NCBI RefSeq assembly: GCF_004010195.1
Contig: NC_057751.1
Span: 5,932,502 to 5,996,501, forward strand
Reading direction: 5' to 3'
DNA: 64,000 nucleotides
Source: Chiloscyllium plagiosum
Lineage: Eukaryota
Below are positions 25,595 through 36,960 of this stretch, piece after piece. Position 1 is the first letter of the stretch, and the number at the start of each line of letters is the position of its first letter. The notes beneath the pieces were generated by a model. That model made no database searches, was not told where the DNA came from, and was given only the letters and a program-made list of their open reading frames with translations. Position numbers and translations under genes: made by a program.

Positions 25595-26194
25595 TTTCCT
25601 TGGTATAGCACTGTTTGACAAGGCAATTGTACTTTGGATGCTGTGAGACATGCTGCTAAGGAGGTTTTGTTGCTTTTAAATGATGGGGAAGTTGAAAATA
25701 AGATGTTCTATTTGTCTATCAATTTGTTGTCCTCCTGAAATAAAGAGTGGAGAAATTAGGTACTCTCTTAATAGTTCTTACGGACAAGTGGATATCATGT
25801 CTTGCATGGACTGTATTTACTCTTCGGACAATCCTTCACCTTTCACTCATGAAGCAGGGGGCTGCTTCTATTGTCCATGCCCATCTCCACATTACATTGA
25901 GCACTGCCCACAGTCTTTGAAGGACTTTGAAGCCAGGGCCCTCTGCTGGTGATAAGGTTGTGATACAACTGTGCAACTCTATCATGTCCTTGGAAAAGGT
26001 TGTGAGAACTGGAGTTACATATACAGAGCTGGGTAAGGATAGCAGGTTTCCTCCCCAAAAAGAACATTAATGAACCAATGAAAATCTTTGACAATCCAAC
26101 AACTTTGGATTGATAGCAGCTTTTCTTTATGTTGAATTTAATTATCAAATTGCTGTCATGAGAAAAGACCTCACATTATCTTGGTTATTTGTCC

Positions 26195-26765
26195 AGATCT
26201 CTGCTTTATGAGTGGACACCCACACCAACCAACCCCACCACCCCGTGGCCGAACACTTCAACTCCCACTCTCACTCAGCCAAGGACATGCAGGTGCTGGG
26301 CCTCCTCCATCGCCAAACCTGAGCCACCTGATGCCTGGTGGAAGAATGCCTCCTCTTCTGCCTTGGGACCCTCCAATCACATGGGATCAATGTGGATTTC
26401 ACCAGTTTCCTCATTTCTCCTCCCACACCTTTTCCCAGATTCAATCTTCCAACTCAGCACCGCCCTCAAAACCTGTCTTACCTGTCCATCTTCCTTCCCA
26501 CCTATCCGCTCCACCCTCCTCTCCAACCTATCACCATTACCCCCACCTTCATCTACCAATCACACTCTCAGCTACCTTCCCCTCAGCCCCATCCCCCTCC
26601 CATTTATCTCTCCACCTCATTGGCTCACAAGCCTCATTCCTGATAAAGAGCTTTTGCCCGAAACACTGATTTTCCTGCTCCTCGGATGCTGCCTGACCTG
26701 CTGTGCTTTTCCAGCATCACTCTCTCCGACTCTGATCTCCAGCATCTGCTGTCCTCACATTCTCC
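26195..26765 (+). mobile_element. PLE family A 3' fragment: GIY-YIG C-terminus + pyrimidine-rich UTR + pLTR
   Basis: EECLLFCLGTLQSHGINVDF (PLE C-terminal LIF.LGTL.P.GIN motif); decayed hammerhead ctgataaagagcttttgcccgaaac at 26640-26664; family A tail. Confidence 0.88.
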
Positions 26766-26876
26766 ATAATGCGATTCTGGCCTCATTAGTTTAAATGGTG
26801 CGACTATTGCACGATTTTCTTAAAATGCGAGATCACATGAGAATGGAACTATCACGTTATATCAGTGCCAACTGGA
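26765..26876. mobile_element. Tc1/pogo-like MITE half
   Basis: Homology to 19940-20041. Confidence 0.5.
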
Positions 26877-29800
26877 TATAAATCACACACATTATATTTC
26901 TCATTTCATAGTGATTTGTTACTTTACAACGCCACTTAGTTGCAATAAGTGATAGAGAAGTTTTTTTAAAATTTTCTTTTGTTTGTTGCTAAACACAGAA
27001 ACCTAAAGGTGTATTTTCTGTTTTGAATGTTTGTCCTAAAAGGATGGTTGCTTTGTGTATATTTTGTTGTGTTTGGTCTCACAATCAGTATGTCAGCATG
27101 CTTTTGAGATATATGATATTTTCACTGTATGTGATCTGAGGGTGTAAAGGTCTCGGACTCCATCATAGGTTGGATTACTTTAAGCATGTTGTCCACTAGA
27201 ATATGCTCCAGGAAAGGCTTGAGGTTAGTCCAGACATTTAGATGCAGATGGAAAGTACATTTGTGCATAACAGTTATCTGCAATAAATATCTGTAGATTC
27301 TTCAGGACTGTAATACCCACATCCAGTTTCTTACTTTGTGGAGCATAACATGGGCACTGCGACATCAGATAAAACACTCTATTAGAGGGAAACTCGTATC
27401 ATTTTTGTGATTTAATTTTCAAGTCATGTTCTTTCTTCATATTGCCTCAGAAGGATTACACAAGATTGTATGATTGAGAATCTCTCAGGGGTTAAGGCTA
27501 GTGGTGATAATTTGTTCTCATGTTGACCATTGTAATTGGCTGTGATGATGTGTCTGAATTTATATTGAAGTGGAAAATCAAATAGGTGCTTTGGTATGCA
27601 AATAGCTACTTGTAAAAGAAAATTGATCTTGGTAAGTGATTGTGACATCTAGGCATTATAATTTGAAAATGTCACATTGTCAGTTGTCTTCATTTGAAGT
27701 GTTCCCATATGATTCAGATGGAAGAAAGCAGAAAATCTCATTTAGAAATAATCGAGAGGAAAAATACAATCTTTTTTCAACTGATTTCTTTGTGACTCAA
27801 CAAATTGTGCTCTGCAATCAGATTGCTGAGGTTCAATATTTTTTCCTGTTGATGCTCAGCTGTGTGGTTAGGACAAGGCAGTAAATGTTGTTTGTCAACT
27901 TGTTTTTTTATAAAAAGAAACTGCCATTAAATTTTGAAACTCTGACTTGATTATGCATTTTTGGTCAGTCTCTTTTGAAATTCTGCTACAGAAAGACTAA
28001 TTACCAGGAGTATTGACAGAAAGAGTTTGCAAGCAAAACTACAAAAATGAACCAATCATCACATCAGAGGCTGTCAACAGAATGTCACAGATAAAGATGG
28101 TCATTGCTAGTTCTCTCCAACCAACTGCTATTTTGAGATTTGCTACAGTTGTTGAAGATCCATGGCTCTAACCTCTTGAACCAATTGCTTGTCAAACTTG
28201 TTGTCGTGGGCCTTCAAATCAAAGTGCTAATGCCATCATCTGAAGTACTTATCAATTTGCTGTTGCTGTTGGGGCAAGAATCAGATGTTTTCTTCCATCT
28301 CCCAGCTGATTACTTCCATTTTGTCAATTGAGTCTGTGAATTATTACCGCAGATATTTTTATTGCAGGAAATTGTACTGGGTGAACTGAAGAATAAACGA
28401 GTGGGTGGCAGAATTAATTATTGAAACACCAAAATTGGGAGGTTTTGATTTGTTTTTACTGATGGCTTATGATACTTTCTTGCAAGCACTTACTTTCAAG
28501 GAGTAGGTTGTGTGTGAGCACAGTATTGTTGTTAAAACTGCATTCCTGAAAGTTAATTTGGGGCATCGGAATTGCAGACCATTTATATAGAGAAGTATTC
28601 ATTACTCTGACAAAAGACGTGTAAGTCAAACTTGGAAACCTCCAAAAATATTTCCAAAAATGAAATCTTTTAAGTCAAGAAAAAAATGGGAATCATTGAG
28701 ATGTGTTCGATGGTTGCAATTTTGAAATGTGAAAAAAAATGATAACACTAAGAATTCATACTAAGTTCACATGATATAATGTATTTTATATGAGGATTGT
28801 ACAAAATTGTCTTTATTCACAATCAGAATTTGTTTAAATATAAAATCTTCAGCACATGACCCAATGTGCTCATCCAATTCATGTTTAGTCACTTTGGCTG
28901 TGGATCGATTCTGGTGCTTTCACTTTTGGAATCATCCCTCCAGAATAAATTATCTTCCACTTCATTTAATGAATTTGATATTCTGAATTTTTAAACAATC
29001 TGATAACACTCAGTGTGCAAATGATATCGTACAATTCAATAATAAGATCACACAAAACATCCATCAGGGCATCAGATGTACTTCCAGTCCTTTGCAAGTC
29101 TTTTCTCTGCCTGTATACAGATGCAATCTGGGTGTGATTTCTTTGCAGATACCTCATGATCTAATCAATTAAATGAGATCTGAACATGCCCCCCAACAAT
29201 GAGCTGCACATGTCTATTTCACATATTATTGATCTACAACTTGACATGAGCATCATCCATTCAACTGTTGTCACAGACATGCAGAAAAACACCTGCTTAA
29301 CTTAAGTTGGTCACCCTTTCCCTTTGATTACTCAACAGCTCTTGGATGGAAATAACTGAGGCAAAATGGCACACAAAATTACACAGATGCAAAGACAACT
29401 TCGCTGCCGCATGAATTTCAACTTATAGCAAAAGAATTTACTGAAAGAAAAGAGGAAGTTACAAACTTGTTACTTCTATACTTAATGCTTGGCACATAAT
29501 TATTAAAGTAAAATTAAAACATTAAATTGTTTGGACACTGCTGCAAGGTAGTTATGCCAACCAAGTGTTGTTTCTTTGAGTTTATAATAATTGTGTCATG
29601 CTTCTGTTTCAAAGTTTGCACAAGATTAGATAGAAAATGCAACACAGAAAGAGACCAGTTGATTCAACTCACCTGTCTTCTTCCATTCCATTTATTCTAC
29701 CACAGCCTTACAGCATTTTTTTATTGCTTTCCATCTTGTGTTCATTTAATTTCATTTTGAAAACATCCAGTTATTTTCCCCAAGTGTAATTGTGAGTCGC

Positions 29801-30052
29801 ACATTCTCAACACTTTTTGAATAAAGAAATGACTCTTTGCTACTTGCAGATAATCTTTAATTCAGGGTCCTAACTTCAGATATTACAAAAATGAAAACAT
29901 TTGCTTCCTATTGACCCTTTCCAGATCAGTCAAAGTGGAACAAAATCACATTCTTCCCTTTTTGAAAAATACCAAACCATTCATTTTTTTTGATGCCTGC
30001 AATTTTCCAGTTCTGGAACTATCCTGAGAAATCCTTTTGCACTTTCTCCACT

Positions 30053-30234
30053 TTAGGGTGTAGGTTTGCTCACTGAGCTGTAGGTTTGATATCCAGACGT
30101 TTCATTACCTGGCTAGGTAACATCATCAGTGGCGACCTCCAAGTGAAGCGAAGCTGTTGTCTCCTGCTTTCTATTTATATGTTCGTCCTGGATAAATCTA
30201 CACCCTAAACCTCAACCTGAGCTACAAACTTTGA
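30053..30234. mobile_element. PLE asymmetric fold-back insertion, family C-related
   Basis: 12-bp perfect TSD actttctccact 30041-30052 / 30235-30246; long minus arm; short plus arm aaatctacaccctaaa; tail cctcaacctgagctacaaac. Confidence 0.88.
30093..30132 (-). ncRNA. Minimal type I hammerhead ribozyme, best-preserved copy
   Basis: CCA-CUGAUGA-U-GUUACCU(agcc)AGGUAAU-GAAA-CGUC-UGG; stem I cca/ugg; 7-bp stem II with one G.U; ACGU palindromic stem III; GUC triplet. Confidence 0.78.
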
Positions 30235-31829
30235 ACTTTCTCCACTGGTTTCAAGTCCTTTAAATAAAATGGAGAGCAGACCATGTGAGCAGTCACAATT
30301 CAGATTTCTGCACAAGTTTATCATCACTTCACATAAACTTTGCAATAAATTGCAGTATTTTGTTAATGTTAGTAATTGGTTTGTAAACAAGCAATGCTAT
30401 TTTGAATGATTTATTGATATTGATCTGTAGATTCCATTGCTCTTCTATCCCATCCAGTTCCTTATTTTCTCGGGTGTAACTGATGTTTCTATTTTTCTAT
30501 CAAAATGCAACTCTCACCAATTATCCACAATAAAGTTAATTAGATACCTAACTGCCCTGTGTGAACTTGCTGTCTAAGTGCAGGCAGAGGACTCTGACTC
30601 ATACAAGATTATCCATGAATAGAATTGATTGAAGGACAGTTTGTCTTCTGATAATACTTTACCGGCTATGAAACTAAAATACAAAATATAATTCAATACC
30701 GAACCAAGTCTTTTAAACTCTGACTTAAAGAATAGTGAAATTGAACAGTTTCCCATTTAAAAATGTCTCGATTAATAGAGAGATAAACCAGATTTGTGAC
30801 TAAACCCTTCCCTTCAAGGGGAGATTTATTGAAGCTGATTTCAGTGTGGCTCAGATTGTGCATATTCAGAACATTAGCAAGTAGAGACAAATCATCGGTA
30901 GGGTTCTATCAGTCAGTCTGGCCTGTTATATGAGGGATATTTTGTACTTTTTCTGCTTGGGCAGTAATGCTTAAAGCCTATAATTCACAGAGCAAAATGT
31001 AAATGTGAGACAACACATGGCAATAAAAAAGTTGGAAAGGCAAAATCAGCAGTAAATAACCTACCAAAATACTGCCAGTAAGACACATCCATCACTTAAA
31101 ATTAACAACCAAAGCAGACATGACAGGACTAGTCAACTGACCATTTAGCATCTAGGGCGAAAGAGGGTTCAACATTTATTTCTAGACCTTTCTTGAAAGT
31201 TTCAGATGGGAGAATTCCACTTCGAGTTTAGAATGGAACCCTGTCTTTGAATGTCTTGAATGGGAATGATTCTGCAATGGTCAAGATCACACCATTTGGC
31301 ACAGAAAGTTTCAGCTGGGGCCTTTACTCAACAGTTCAGGACATATTCCTCAAAACATTAGAGGGGATGGAATCCTTTGCGGGTGTTTTGACTTAGACCA
31401 TACTTCATGTTTCTGGATGGCACTATTCCACAGAACAGATCAAGTGTAATTTTCATGTTAAGTTCTAATTGAAAAAAAACCCCAAATTAAAGGGGAAAGA
31501 AAGTGAGTCGGTGATGGTTGAACTGGATAAATGGTGTCTTCTAGCATTTGAACTGGCGTACAGCTGGGTTTTAAATATAACAATGAAAACAATATACCCT
31601 TGTCTGTGGCGAACACACCCACTGCAGGTGTTGAACTTTCTGCACATCCTGTGGGGCTGGGGACTGGGGATGGTGGGGGTGTGGTGGCGGGGTATGGCTT
31701 GTACTGAGATGATGAAGTGTGCAGAGAAAATCATGCAAGAAATCCTCAGAGAGAAACCATCTGTGGAACTCCCTGACATTGACTCTGAGCCGGTATTGAT
31801 TAAAATTCAACCCTGAGTGTTCGCTTCAC

Positions 31830-32900
31830 TAATTAATTCCATACAAGCTTGCCCTTTCTCACTGAAACAATCTAGATTGTTAATTTATTTTAACTTGTAC
31901 ATGCAACTTGAATAAAAATATGACACGCCAATTAATTAACACGAATTTACCAGCAGCCATTGGGCATTGATCTGTGGCTGCTTGTTCATGAAACCATGAA
32001 ATTTCTGAAACTAATCATCAGGAAACAAAAAGAAACAAGACCCAATTCCAATCTTGACCAAGTGGTACAGTCATCTGCTGTTTCCATCAGAGATTAATTG
32101 CGACTGAGGAGTTGAGGCTTGTTTTACTCTTGAAGTTGTGACTTTGGTCAAATGCTTCATGAGAAGAAATCACATTCTCGTCTGCATCTGTATGTGATTG
32201 GCCCTGTTCTGCTCAATTGGGAAGTTTTGCCACTTGAAGCACAAGGACATGAGTTGAGAACACAAGCAAGTGAATTCAGAAAGTCACATCAGCACCTCCA
32301 TCCTTCACTTTACATGACCACTCAACTTTTCATCTCAGGAATGTATTCATCTGCAGACATTATGATACCGTAGTATCATAGTGATTGTAGTACAGTGATT
32401 GTTTCACAGCATTTTTATTGATATTGCAGCCACGCACACAAATCTCATGAACTTGAAATTACAGTCTGACTGTTAATTTACAAATGTTTCATGTGCTTCA
32501 GTTAATACCTTGGTTCATAATATTAATTGATGCTATAATCCATTAAATGTAATGAAGGCCATTGCAAGTCATCTGATTTATGTTTTAAAAATTAAAACGA
32601 ATTGCAAACTGAGATTGAGGAAACTGACCCGATGCAACTTTTCTTGAAAAACTAGCAAGTGTTTTCTCACCATGCCCTGGTGGAGGGCAGAAGCTTTGGC
32701 CATTTGCATATTCACAGAATCTGCCTTACGCTCACCATCTTTTTTGCAAAAGGACACTGCTGATTCTGAAGAGTTGCAATTAGGCTAAAGACTGAAACTG
32801 TGCAAATTAATCAAGAACCAGAAAAATCAGACTAATTAAGCTCAGCCTTCAGTCTTGCAATCATCCCCCTTAATTACATGTTAAAAGGAACAACTTCAGC
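31830..32900. promoter_or_regulatory. Candidate conserved non-coding element / enhancer block
   Basis: No repeat recognised; many TAAT/TAATTA sites; TGATTTAT (Pbx-Hox) 32574-32581; octamer ATTTGCAT 32702-32709. Confidence 0.35.
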
Positions 32901-33357
32901 GACAAGAAGTGCAGAGAAATCTGCAGAATTAATGAAACTCCAGCACAAAAAAAGGGAAGAATGGTATTTGTTCTGTGCATTCTATGTCGACATTCAGTGG
33001 AAGAACGGGAGAGGTGTTTTGTTCATTGGAATTCTGCATATCAGCCATTCTTGTCAACTTATAACTAAGATGGCCAGGACTGGCAGCTTAATGTTCCAGG
33101 GTACAGATGCAACAGGAAGGACATAAAGGGAGGCACGATAGGAGGAGGGATGGTGTTTTTGATAAGGGATAGCATTACAGCTGTACTGAGGGTGGATATT
33201 CCCTGAAATACAACCAGACAAGTTATTTGGGTGGAACTGAGAAATAAGAAAGGGATAATCACCTTATTGGGATTGCATTATAGACCCCCTAATAGTCAGA
33301 GGGAAATGAGAAACAGATTTGTAAGGAGATCTCAGTTATCTGGAAGAAGATAACTGA

Positions 33358-33382
33358 TCTAATCTAATCTAATCTAATCTAA
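33358..33382 (+). repeat. (AATCT)n microsatellite inside CR1
   Basis: tct-aatct-aatct-aatct-aatct-aa. Confidence 0.9.
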
Positions 33383-34112
33383 GATTAAGGTGGTTATAGT
33401 CAGGAATTTTAACTTTCCAAACATTGACTGGGACTGCCATAGTTTTAAGGGTTTCGATGGAGAGGAATTTGTTAAGTGTGTACAGGAACATTTTCTGATT
33501 CAATATGCGGATTTACCTACTTGAGAAGGCAAAACTTGACCTACTCTTGGGAAGTAAAGCAGGACAGGTGACTGAGGTGTCAGTGGGGGAGCACTTTGGC
33601 ATCAGTGACCATAATTCTATTAGTTTTAAAATAGTGATGGAAAAGGATAGACCAGATCTAAAGTTGAAACTCTAAATTGGAGGAAGGCAAATTTTGATGG
33701 TATTAGGCAAGAACTTTCAAAAGCTGATTCGGGGCAGATGCTTGCAGGTAAAGGGACGGCTGGAAAATGGGAATCCTTCAGAAATGAGATAAGGAGAGTC
33801 CAGAGACAGTATATTCCTGTGAGGGTGAAAGGAAAGGCTGATCGGTGTAAGGAATGCTGGATGACTCGAGAAATTGAGGGTTTGGTAAAGAAAAAGAAGA
33901 AAGCATATGTCAGGTACAGAAAAGGCAGATCGAGTGAATCCTGAGAAGAATATAAAGGCAGTAGGAGTCGACTTAAGAGGGAAATCAGGAGGGCAAAAAG
34001 AGGACATGAGATAGCTTTGGCAAATAGAGTTAAGGAGAATCCAAAAGGTTTTTACAAATACATTAAGGACAAAAAGGTAACTCGGGACAGAATAGGGCCC
34101 CTCAAAGATCAG

Positions 34113-34330
34113 AGCTGAAAATGTGTTGCTGGAAAAGCGCAGCAGGTCAGGCAGTATCCAAGGAGCAAGAGAATCGATGTTTCGGGCATGAGCCCTTCTT
34201 CAGGAATTCCTGAAGAAGGGCTCATGCCCGAAACATCGATTCTCCTGCTCCTTGGATGCTGCCTGACCTGCTGTGCTTTTCCAGCAACACATTTTCAGCT
34301 CTGATCTCCAGCATCTGCAGTCCTCACTTT
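34113..34330. mobile_element. PLE family A loop-less palindromic insertion carrying two hammerheads
   Basis: Palindrome 34106-34307 centred on GAATTC (34204-34209); TSD cccct(c/t)aaagatcag 34098-34112 / 34331-34345. Confidence 0.93.
34210..34239 (+). ncRNA. Minimal hammerhead motif (family A); mirror copy at 34174-34203 on the minus strand
   Basis: CUGAAGA-A-GGGC(ucau)GCCC-GAAA-CAUC; stem III ACGU decayed to ACAU. Confidence 0.6.
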
Positions 34331-36467
34331 CCCCTTAAAGATCAGCAAGGCGACCTTTGTGTGGAGTAGCAGGAGATGGGGGAAGATACCAAACGAGTAT
34401 TTTGCATTAATGTTTACTGTGGAAAAGGACATGGAAGATATAAAATGCAGGGAAATAGATGGTGGCATCTTGAAAAATGTCCATATTACAGAGGAGGAAG
34501 TGCTAAATCCCCAGGACCAGATTAGGTGTATCCTAGAACTCTGAGAGAGGCTAGGGAAGTGATTACTGGGCCTTTTGCTGAGATACTTGTATCATCGAAA
34601 CACACAGGTGAGGTGCTGGAATACTGGAGGTTGACTAACATTGTGCCACTGTTTAAGAAAGGTGGTAAGGGCAAGCCAGGGAACTGTAGAGCAGTGAGCC
34701 TGACATTGGTGGTGGGCAAGTTGTTGGAGGGAATCTTGAGGGACAGGATGTACATATATTTGGAATGGTAAGGACTAATTTGGGATAGTCAGCATGGCTT
34801 TGTGCATGGGAAATCATGTCTCACAAATTTGATTGAGTTGCTTGAAGAAGTAACAAAGAGGATTGATGCAGGCAGAGCGGTAGATGTGATCTATATGGAC
34901 TTCAGTAAGCTATTCAACAAGGGAGACTGGTTAACAAGGTTAGATCTCATGGAATACAGAGAGAACTAGCCATTTGGATACAGAACTGGCTCAAAGATAG
35001 AAGACAGAGGGTGGTGGTGGTGGAGGGTTGTTTTTCAGACTGGAGGACTGTGACTAGTGGAGTGCCACAAGGATCGGTGCTAGGTCCATTACCTTTCGTC
35101 ATTTATATAAATGATTTGGATGTGAGCATAAGAGGTATAGTTAGTAAGATGACACCAAAATTGGAGGTGTTGTGGACAGAAAAGAAGGTTACCTCAGATT
35201 ACAACAGGATCTTGATCAGATGGGCTATGGGGCTGAGAAGTGGCAGATGGAGTTTGTTTTAATTAATTGCGAGGTGCTGCATTTTGGGAAAGCAAATCTG
35301 AGCAGGACTTACACACTGAATGGTAAGGTCCTAGGGAGTGTTGCTGAATAAAGAGACCTTGGAGTGCAGGTTTATAGTTTCCTGAAAGTGGAGTCACAGG
35401 TAGATAGGATAGTGAAGAAGGCGTTCTGTATGCTTTCCTTCATAGGTCAGAGTATTGAGTACAGGAGTTAGGAGGTCATGTTGCTGCTGTACAGGACATT
35501 GGTTAGACCACTTTTGGAATATTGCGTGCAATTCTGGACTCCTTCCCATCGGAAAGATGTTGTGAAACTTGAAAGGGTTCAGAAAAGATTTACAAGGATG
35601 TTGCCAGGATTGGAGGATTTGAGCTATAAAGAGAGGCTGAATAGGCTGGGGTTATTTTCCCTGAAGCATTGGAGATTGAGTGGTGACCTTATAGAGGTTT
35701 GTAAAATCATGAGGAGCATAGATAGGATAAATAGACAAAGTCTCTTCCTTACTGTGGGGAAGTCCAGAACTAGAGGGCATAGGTTTAGGTTGAGAGGGGA
35801 AAGATATAAAAGAGACCTAAAGGGCAACATTTTCACGCAGAGGGTGTACGTGTATGGAATGAGCTGCCAGAGGAAGTGGTAGAGGCTAGTACGATTGCAA
35901 CATTAAAAAGCCATTTGGATGGGTATATGAATAGGAAGGGTTTGGAGGGATATGGGCCAGGTACTGGCAGGTGGGACAAGATTGGGTTTGGACAACTGTT
36001 CGGCATGGACAGGTTGGACCGAAGGGTCTGTTTCCGTGCTGTACATCTGTATGACTCTATGACTGTATAAATTCTCTTCATGCAGAAAATTGGTTCAACA
36101 AAAGTTAGAAGGCATTGGAGGTGTGGGGTGATCGTATAATTGAGGCAGGTTTGAAGGCATGGAGAAAAGTGAGAATGGATGTTTTAGAGGAAGGAGTTCC
36201 ATGTGCTGGAGTCATAGTAATTCAAGAAGTAGTTCTAAGGGTGCGGTGAAAAGAATGAGGTTGTCAGATATAGCCTGGCCTTGAGGGTGAGAAGAGGAAA
36301 TTGCAGTTTGAGGACTTTGCCAAGACGGGAGATTCAAAGGAACAAGTGGGAGGTTGTGAGCTGCCAATCTTGAGTACTTGATGCCTGATAGTTTGAACAT
36401 TCTGCCAATTGCCTGCTAAAACAACATTACATTCTCAGTTTTCCTTTTATCTTTAAGAAGTTGCGAA

Positions 36468-36640
36468 ATGTAAAGTTACCGTAGTCCCACTCTCTCATTG
36501 GTACTGATTTTAACTGCAAGGTCACCAATATATCAGGTAAAGAGAGAGGCTGAGAAGGAGAGTTGTTCATAATAACCTTCGCTCATGCATGAATTGAACC
36601 CACACTGTTAACATCATTCTGCATTGCAAATCAGCTACTA
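36468..36640 (-). mobile_element. tRNA-derived SINE (same family as 39555-39820), decayed
   Basis: Reverse B-box (aattgaacc) and shared body aggtcacc...gaggctgagaagga. Confidence 0.55.
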
Positions 36641-36644
36641 AGCA

Positions 36645-36960
36645 GGGTGGCACGGTGGCTTAGTGGTTAGCACTGCTGCCTCATAGCACCAGAGTCCCAG
36701 GTTCAATTCCAGCCTCAGGTGACTGTCTGCGTGTAGTTTGTATATTCTCCCTGCGTCTGTGTGGGTTTTCTCCAGGTGCTTCGGTTTCCTCCCACAGTCC
36801 AAAGATGTGCAGGTCAGGTGGATTGGCCATGCTAAATTGCCCACAGTGTGAGGTACATTAGTCAGAGGGAAATGGGTCTGAGTGGGTTGCTCTTTGGAGG
36901 GTTTGTGTGGATTTATTGGGCCGAAGGGCCTGTTTCCACACTGTAGGAAATCTAAAACTA
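36645..36960 (+). mobile_element. HE1 (V-SINE) full-length copy
   Basis: tRNA head with A box tggcttagtgg and B box ggttcaattcc; V-domain (ggtttcctcccacagtccaaagatgtgcagg); CR1-derived tail gggccgaagggcctgtttccacactgt. Confidence 0.93.

Larger units (their letters stand above)
29630..30560 (-). mobile_element. Very old CR1 fragment interrupted by a PLE
   Basis: Degenerate reverse CR1 RT/3' UTR motifs (aatccttttgcactttctcca...caagtcctt). Confidence 0.5.
33072..36065 (+). mobile_element. CR1 (HER1-type) LINE covering most of ORF2 (APE endonuclease + RT), decayed
   Basis: EN motifs (Y.PP, NFNFPNIDW, SDHN); RT motifs ([44 protein letters not shown]); gactctatgact tail; same family as 14195-16672. 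Confidence 0.97.

Noticed and set aside
26181..26794. Overlapping Pro/Ser-rich ORFs of 162 and 201 aa
   Set aside because: Produced by the C-rich PLE 3' UTR; not a host gene.
28140..28331. Leu-rich ORF that looked like the antisense of a coding exon
   Set aside because: The opposite-strand frames contain multiple stops and nothing recognisable.
36645..36720. tRNA-like sequence with A and B boxes (also at 38601, 51597 and 52367)
   Set aside because: These are HE1 SINE heads continuing into the V-domain and CR1 tail, not tRNA genes.
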